Shown here piece after piece: positions 58,761 through 64,000 of a stretch of 64,000 bases of DNA (its first letter is position 1; each line of letters begins with the position of its first letter). The stretch spans positions 14,450-78,449 of the forward strand of contig JANYIQ010000020.1 in assembly GCA_025362575.1 (NCBI GenBank), in the 5' to 3' direction. Under the pieces are notes generated by a model, which worked only from the letters and a program-made list of their open reading frames with translations, made no database searches and was not told where the DNA came from. The DNA comes from Bacteroidia bacterium. Lineage in GTDB: Bacteria > Bacteroidota > Bacteroidia > B-17B0 > Aurantibacillaceae. The position numbers were made by a program, and so were the translations under genes.

Positions 58761-59756
58761 ATGGCAGATAAAAAAATAGGCGTTATAGGAAGCGGAAGTT
58801 GGGCTACTGCAATCGTGAAAATAATCAGTAACAACTGTAATTCGGTGAACTGGTATTTCAGAAATGCTGAGGATATTGAGTACATTAAAAAGTATTCTCA
58901 CAACCCCCGTTACTTGAGCTCGGTTGATTTTGATCTGAAAAAACTGAATTTTTACAATGACATTAGCGAATGCGTGAAGAATTCTGACATTGTAATTCTT
59001 GCCATTCCATCAGCTTTTTTGCATACATGTATCTCAGTACTTTCAAAAGCCGACTTGAAAAACAAATTATTCTTCTCTGCAATTAAGGGCATTGTGCCGG
59101 AGTATAATTTAATTGTTGGTGAGTATTTGAATCAGGTGTATGGTATTCCTTTCGAGAACATCGGTGTAATTACAGGACCATGCCACGCCGAAGAAGTAGC
59201 CATGGAGAAATTATCTTATTTGACTTTAGCGTCGATGAGTATTTCGAATGCTGAAGTAGTAAGTTATTATTTCAACTGCCGTTACATTAAGTCAACAACC
59301 AGCGATGATATTTATGGAACAGAATATTCGGCCGTATTAAAAAATGTTATTGCAGTTGCCGGTGGTGTTTGTCATAGTCTTGGTTATGGTGATAATTACC
59401 TTGCTGTTTTAGTAAGCAATGCCATTCAGGAAATAAAACGTTTTGTGGATGCAGTTCATCCGATAGACCGTGACATCAAAGCTTCTGCGTATTTAGGAGA
59501 TCTTCTTGTAACCGCTTACTCCCATTTCAGTCGGAACAGAATGTTTGGAACCATGTTGGGAAAAGGCTACAGTGTTAAACAGGCTCAGCTTGAAATGAAC
59601 ATGGTTGCCGAAGGATATTATGCCGTTAAATGTGTTTTCGAAATAAATAAAAAATATAAGGTCGACATGCCGATTACAACAGCTGTATATAATATCATTT
59701 ATGGCGGTAAAGATCCAAAGCGCGAGATACAGGCCCTTTCAGAAAAATTATCTTAA
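58761..59756 (+). CDS. gpsA: NAD(P)H-dependent glycerol-3-phosphate dehydrogenase
   Basis: IGVIGSGSWATAI Rossmann motif and GPCHAEEVA. Confidence 0.9.
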   Translation: MADKKIGVIGSGSWATAIVKIISNNCNSVNWYFRNAEDIEYIKKYSHNPRYLSSVDFDLKKLNFYNDISECVKNSDIVILAIPSAFLHTCISVLSKADLKNKLFFSAIKGIVPEYNLIVGEYLNQVYGIPFENIGVITGPCHAEEVAMEKLSYLTLASMSISNAEVVSYYFNCRYIKSTTSDDIYGTEYSAVLKNVIAVAGGVCHSLGYGDNYLAVLVSNAIQEIKRFVDAVHPIDRDIKASAYLGDLLVTAYSHFSRNRMFGTMLGKGYSVKQAQLEMNMVAEGYYAVKCVFEINKKYKVDMPITTAVYNIIYGGKDPKREIQALSEKLS

Positions 59757-59770
59757 GAAATGAAAGAGAA

Positions 59771-60403
59771 ATGAAAAGCATTGCTAATATCGTTTCCGTT
59801 ATTTTTCATCCATTACTGATGTGCAGTTACGGAAGCCTTGTTTTTTTCTTTTTACTCAAAGGTTCCATTTACGATTTCATGACCCCGCTTAAACTGAAGT
59901 GGATAATTTCGGCAATGATCTGTTCATTTTCATTTCTGCTTCCTGTGATCAATATTTACATTTTATATAAACTTAAGCGCATCAGTACATTTACCATCGA
60001 TGATCAGGAAGAACGTACTTTTCCTTACATAGTAACTTCCTGTTTTTATTTCGGATTGTTTTATCTGTTCATGGATCTGAATATCTGGCCAAGCATTAAG
60101 GTCTTAATTTTTGGAGCGGGCTTTGCTATTTTACTCACAGCCTTAATTAACATGAAATTCAAGATCAGTGCGCACATGGTTGGTATTGGAGGATTGATCG
60201 GATCTGTGATAGCGGTTTCGTTTGCCATTAAGCACAATTCGGTTTTTTTAAGCTGCTGGCTTATCTTACTGGCGGGGCTCATTGCCACGAGTCGCTTGTA
60301 TTTAAAGGCTCATGAGCCACGGCAGATCTATTCGGGTTTTTTACTTGGATTGATCACGCAAATTATTATTTTTTATCTCTTTCAAAGTTTTAACTTTATT
60401 TAA
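59771..60403 (+). CDS. PAP2-family membrane phosphatase
   Basis: Six TM segments. C-terminal SAHMVG and SRLYLKAHEPRQ resemble PAP2 motifs C2/C3. Confidence 0.6.
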   Translation: MKSIANIVSVIFHPLLMCSYGSLVFFFLLKGSIYDFMTPLKLKWIISAMICSFSFLLPVINIYILYKLKRISTFTIDDQEERTFPYIVTSCFYFGLFYLFMDLNIWPSIKVLIFGAGFAILLTALINMKFKISAHMVGIGGLIGSVIAVSFAIKHNSVFLSCWLILLAGLIATSRLYLKAHEPRQIYSGFLLGLITQIIIFYLFQSFNFI

Positions 60404-60413
60404 AATTGAACAA

Positions 60414-61397
60414 TTGAATTTAGTTACCGGAGCAACAGGATTAATTGGATCACATGTTATGCTGAATTTGCTTCAGCAAGGTAAAACTGTTGTGGGCTTT
60501 AAAAGAGCAGAGAGTGATCTAAGTAAAGTGGAGAAAGTATTTTCGTGTTATAATTCAAAAGAACTCTTCAAGAAAATTACATGGCTCGAAGGAGATGTGA
60601 GTGACGTACTCAGTATCGAAAAAGCACTGGAGAATATTGAGAACGTTTATCACTGTGCGGGTTTCATTTCATTCAATGATAAGGATTCCGAGAAATTATT
60701 TAAAATAAATGCTGAAGGAACAGCTAATGTTGTAAATGCCTGTTTGCTCAAGTCCGTGAAAGGCTTGTGCCACGTAAGCTCTGTGGCTGCAATTCAAAAT
60801 TCCGACAAAAAGAATGAAATTGATGAAACTGTTTTCTGGAAACCTGGCGGCTATCAAAGTTCTTATGCCATCAGTAAATATACTGCCGAACAGGAAGTGT
60901 GGCGCGCCATGGAAGAAGGATTGAATGCGGTAATTGTAAATCCGGGAGTGGTCATTGGTCCTGGACCATGGAATCAGGGCACAGGAGAATTATTTCGAAC
61001 CTGTTATAAGGGATTTAATTTTTATACCGAAGGTATTACCGGTTATGTTGGTGCAATGGATGTTGCGCAGATCATGATCCGCTTAACGGAAGGAAAAAAA
61101 TTCAAAGAGCGTTTTATTTTAGTTGAGAATAATTATTCATTCAGAGAAATTTTAAATTGGATCCATGAAGGATTTGGTAAAAAAGCACCTTCCATAAAAG
61201 CAGGAAAATTCTTATTAAACGCAGCCCGCTTTTTAAATGCAATAGTTCCTGTTTCATCAAAAATTAACAAAGCAATAGTGAGCGCTGCTTTAACAAAAAG
61301 TTATTTTTCTAATAAAAAAGTGATCGAAGCCTTGAATTATCAATTCAGCCCTTTAAAAGACTGCATAATATTGACTTGTAAAGCCTACAAGCCTTAA
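60414..61397 (+). CDS. NAD-dependent epimerase/dehydratase-family SDR
   Basis: TTG start. VTGATGLIGSHV Rossmann motif and YAISKYTAE (YxxxK). Confidence 0.75.
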   Translation: MNLVTGATGLIGSHVMLNLLQQGKTVVGFKRAESDLSKVEKVFSCYNSKELFKKITWLEGDVSDVLSIEKALENIENVYHCAGFISFNDKDSEKLFKINAEGTANVVNACLLKSVKGLCHVSSVAAIQNSDKKNEIDETVFWKPGGYQSSYAISKYTAEQEVWRAMEEGLNAVIVNPGVVIGPGPWNQGTGELFRTCYKGFNFYTEGITGYVGAMDVAQIMIRLTEGKKFKERFILVENNYSFREILNWIHEGFGKKAPSIKAGKFLLNAARFLNAIVPVSSKINKAIVSAALTKSYFSNKKVIEALNYQFSPLKDCIILTCKAYKP

Positions 61398-61513
61398 ATT
61401 TCCCCGAAATTCACAACTTATTAGTTATCAATGCCTTAAATTAGACCTTGGTAGTAAAAAAATTGGTTTTTGTACGTAAAATATATACCTTAGTCTATTA
61501 TTTTACTGAATTT

Positions 61514-62131
61514 ATGCATATAGCGATTGCTGGGAACATCGGGTCTGGAAAAACAACACTAACTTCTTTATTAGCAAAGCATTACAAGTGGCACGCCCAC
61601 TATGAAGATGCTGATGATAATCCTTACCTGAATGATTTTTATGAAGATATGCAGCGTTGGTCGTTTAACTTACAAGTCTACTTTTTAAACAGTCGTTTTA
61701 GCCAAATATTAGATATTAGAAAAGGAAAACATACAGTTGTTCAGGATAGAACAATTTATGAAGATGCCTATATTTTTGCTCCCAATTTACATGCAATGGG
61801 TTTAATGACCACGCGCGATTACGAAAATTATTTTTCGTTATTCAAGTTGATGGAGAGCTTAGTAAAAGCACCTGATCTTATTATTTATTTGCGTGCTTCT
61901 GTTCCAACATTAGTAAAGCAAATTCAGAAACGCGGACGTGATTATGAGAATTCAATTCGCTTGGATTATTTAAAGCGTTTGAATGAGCGTTACGAAGCAT
62001 GGGCAACAACATACGAATCAGGAAAAATTTTGATCGTAGATGTTGACGATATTAATTTTAATGAAAGTAAAGAAGATCTTGGTAAAGTAATTCGATTAAT
62101 TGATAGTCAGGTAAACGGTTTATTTAAATAG
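61514..62131 (+). CDS. deoxynucleoside kinase
   Basis: Start moved to ATG 61514 (MHIAIAGNIGSGKTT P-loop). ERS/DR-type motifs DRTIYED and RGRDYE follow. Confidence 0.85.
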   Translation: MHIAIAGNIGSGKTTLTSLLAKHYKWHAHYEDADDNPYLNDFYEDMQRWSFNLQVYFLNSRFSQILDIRKGKHTVVQDRTIYEDAYIFAPNLHAMGLMTTRDYENYFSLFKLMESLVKAPDLIIYLRASVPTLVKQIQKRGRDYENSIRLDYLKRLNERYEAWATTYESGKILIVDVDDINFNESKEDLGKVIRLIDSQVNGLFK

Positions 62132-62132
62132 T

Positions 62133-62708
62133 TTGAGCAACGAGCAACATATAGAAGAAACGTTTTTTAAAACACACTTTTTAAAAACATTGGAGACTTT
62201 AAAGCCCGATCAGTCGGTTCTATTGGCCTACGATGGTGTTTTGAATAATGATACTATTAGTCGTTTAGAAACAGAAGTAGAAGGCAAAGTAACCGAATTG
62301 GCTATTGCAAAAACGCCTTTAAAAAAGATATTCTTTATATCAGTAGAAGCTTTACAAAACATGTTAATTCATGGCGGCAAAGATTCTTTAGGCCACCAAC
62401 ATAATTATTTTGTTCTGTCAAAGAATCACGCTAAGGTCGAGATCATAACCGCTAATTTGGTTAATAATAGCAACATTGATAAATTAAAACAGGATGTTGA
62501 ACGTTTGAATTCTTTTGCTGAACCGGCTGATCTGAAAAGCTACTACATGGAGCATTTGGATAAGAACGAGATCAGCGACAAAGGCGGTGCAGGTTTAGGA
62601 TTCATTACCATCGCCATGAAGAGCGGAAACAAATTAGGATACTCTTTCGATAAGATCAACGATACTCTTTCTCTGTTCTTATTACGTTCTACAGTTAGCT
62701 TAGAATAA
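62133..62708 (+). CDS. small GHKL-ATPase-like protein (SiaB/anti-sigma-kinase-like)
   Basis: TTG start. N-box-like VEALQNMLIHG and G-box DKGGAGLGFITIA. No partner (STAS/SiaC-like or PP2C) gene adjacent. Confidence 0.45.
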   Translation: MSNEQHIEETFFKTHFLKTLETLKPDQSVLLAYDGVLNNDTISRLETEVEGKVTELAIAKTPLKKIFFISVEALQNMLIHGGKDSLGHQHNYFVLSKNHAKVEIITANLVNNSNIDKLKQDVERLNSFAEPADLKSYYMEHLDKNEISDKGGAGLGFITIAMKSGNKLGYSFDKINDTLSLFLLRSTVSLE

Positions 62709-62728
62709 TTTTCTCCCCATTTTATTTA

Positions 62729-63901
62729 ATGTCATCTGATAACGCTGCCATATTGTTTTTAACATCGTGGTATCCGGTAGAAGAAAATCCTATACACGGA
62801 ATTTTTATACGTGGCCATGCGCTTGCCCTTTCCAAATACACAAAAGTAGTTGTAGCATATGCATACAGCTCTAATGCCGGGCCTTTTTATAAGCCGGAAG
62901 AAACTGTTGTAAATGATAATTGTGTTGAATACAGAGTAAAATACCCTAAGCCAAACTCCAATTTTTTAAGAACATTATTTCAGGTCACAAAATACAAAAA
63001 GGCTTATAATGTATTGTTGAACGCATTGATCGAAAAGAAGATCATCGTTAAAGCAATACAGGTAAATATTGTTTTTCCAACCGCCATTGCTTTGCCAATT
63101 TTTAAGGAACATTATAAAGTTAAACATACCATTGCCGAGAATTGGAGCGGCTATTTAGCAAGTGACGGAAATTACAAGGGACTTGCGTTAAAGCACTACA
63201 CTAAACAATGTTTTGCAGGAGCAGATAAAATATGGCACGTTTCGCAATTACAAAAAGAAGCAATGATCTCTCATGGTTTGCTTGGGAAATTTGAACTGCT
63301 TTATAACACCGTGAATACCGATGTTTTTACACCACGAAGTATTTCCGAAAATGTAAGTAATAAAATAAAATTGTTACACGTTTCTTCTTTGGTAGAACGC
63401 GAGAAAAATATTTCCGGAACATTCAGGGTTTTAAAAAGATTACAGGAACAAAATCTGATCCATATAGCTATTGAATTGACCCTTATTGGCGGAAGTGAAG
63501 AAACCATTTCAGAGGCAAAAAAATTAGCTGAACAAATGCAGTTAAAGAATATTATTTTTGTTGGACCAAAAAAACCGGAAGAAATTGCGGCTCAAATGCA
63601 TCAAAGCAATGCTTTAATTCTTTTCTCGCATTTTGAAGGAATGCCTTTAGTAGTGCTGGAAGCCATGAGTTGCGGATTGCCGGTTCTGGCAACCAAAGTA
63701 GGACAATTACCACACATCATTACCGATAAATTCGGAGTTTTGGTTGATGTAAATAATGAAGAGCAAATGCTAAACGCATTGGTAAATTTAGTTCAATTCA
63801 AATATAAATTCGATCCCCAGGCCATGCGTGATTTTATTTTGAAACATGCATCACAAGAAGCGGTGGGGAAACAGTTTTACGAATACTACTCCAAAATTTA
63901 A
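62729..63901 (+). CDS. GT-B fold glycosyltransferase (family 4-like)
   Basis: C-terminal EGMPLVVLEAMSCGLPVLAT (E-x7-E motif). Confidence 0.8.
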   Translation: MSSDNAAILFLTSWYPVEENPIHGIFIRGHALALSKYTKVVVAYAYSSNAGPFYKPEETVVNDNCVEYRVKYPKPNSNFLRTLFQVTKYKKAYNVLLNALIEKKIIVKAIQVNIVFPTAIALPIFKEHYKVKHTIAENWSGYLASDGNYKGLALKHYTKQCFAGADKIWHVSQLQKEAMISHGLLGKFELLYNTVNTDVFTPRSISENVSNKIKLLHVSSLVEREKNISGTFRVLKRLQEQNLIHIAIELTLIGGSEETISEAKKLAEQMQLKNIIFVGPKKPEEIAAQMHQSNALILFSHFEGMPLVVLEAMSCGLPVLATKVGQLPHIITDKFGVLVDVNNEEQMLNALVNLVQFKYKFDPQAMRDFILKHASQEAVGKQFYEYYSKI

Positions 63902-63906
63902 AGGCA

Positions 63907-63988
63907 GGTTCACGCAGATGGTTTTGCAGATGAGCGCAGATTTATTTGTACTTATCTGCGAAAATCTGCGAAAATCTGCGTGAAACCT
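63907..63988. repeat. imperfect palindromic element built from CATCTGCG-family modules
   Basis: Left arm GGTTCACGCAGATGGTTTTGCAGATGAGCGCAGAT. Right arm ATCTGCGAAAATCTGCGAAAATCTGCGTGAAACC. 12-nt loop. Located after the glycosyltransferase gene. Confidence 0.75.
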
Positions 63989-64000
63989 TAACGAGCTAAA

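Overview
AT-rich, densely coded chromosomal segment that reads as Bacteroidota. Support: type A and type B T9SS C-terminal sorting domains, TAnnTTTG -7 promoter boxes, a flexirubin-type tyrosine ammonia-lyase, and an atpBEFHAG operon without atpDC. A Flavobacteriales/Sphingobacteriales-like origin is only an inference. I call about 62 CDS and see no rRNA, tRNA, CRISPR array, transposase or integrase. Most genes are housekeeping: folE, rimO, pntAB, hldD, pabB-like, hemH, lspA, ileS, atpBEFHAG, queA, gpsA and a deoxynucleoside kinase. Also present are a BtuF/FecCD-type ABC importer next to TspO and an orphan histidine kinase, an MthK-like K+ channel, three T9SS cargo proteins, and a trio of putative outer-membrane beta-barrel proteins. 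No canonical defence or mobile system is recognisable, and I cannot point to a clearly novel multi-gene system. The items most worth a second look are: (1) a DksA/TraR-like protein fused to a long histone-H1-like Lys/Ala/Pro tail plus poly-Asp tracts, in the ileS-lspA operon; (2) two tandem, collinear, exactly 513-aa all-alpha paralogs of unknown function; (3) a minimal flexirubin/aryl-polyene-type locus (TAL-FabG-KS-ACP-acyltransferase with a divergent methyltransferase) separated by about 20 kb from a DarA-like/hotdog/ABC-2 module with no DarB; (4) a mazEF-type toxin-antitoxin cassette embedded between unusual non-coding sequences; (5) several families of small intergenic repeats: the perfect palindrome TCACGAC-N2-GTCGTGA, CATCTGCG-type modules, two related GC-rich structured elements, and a TTTTAGAA inverted repeat inside the pigment operon. 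All family names come from motif recognition by eye and from memory. No database search was run.
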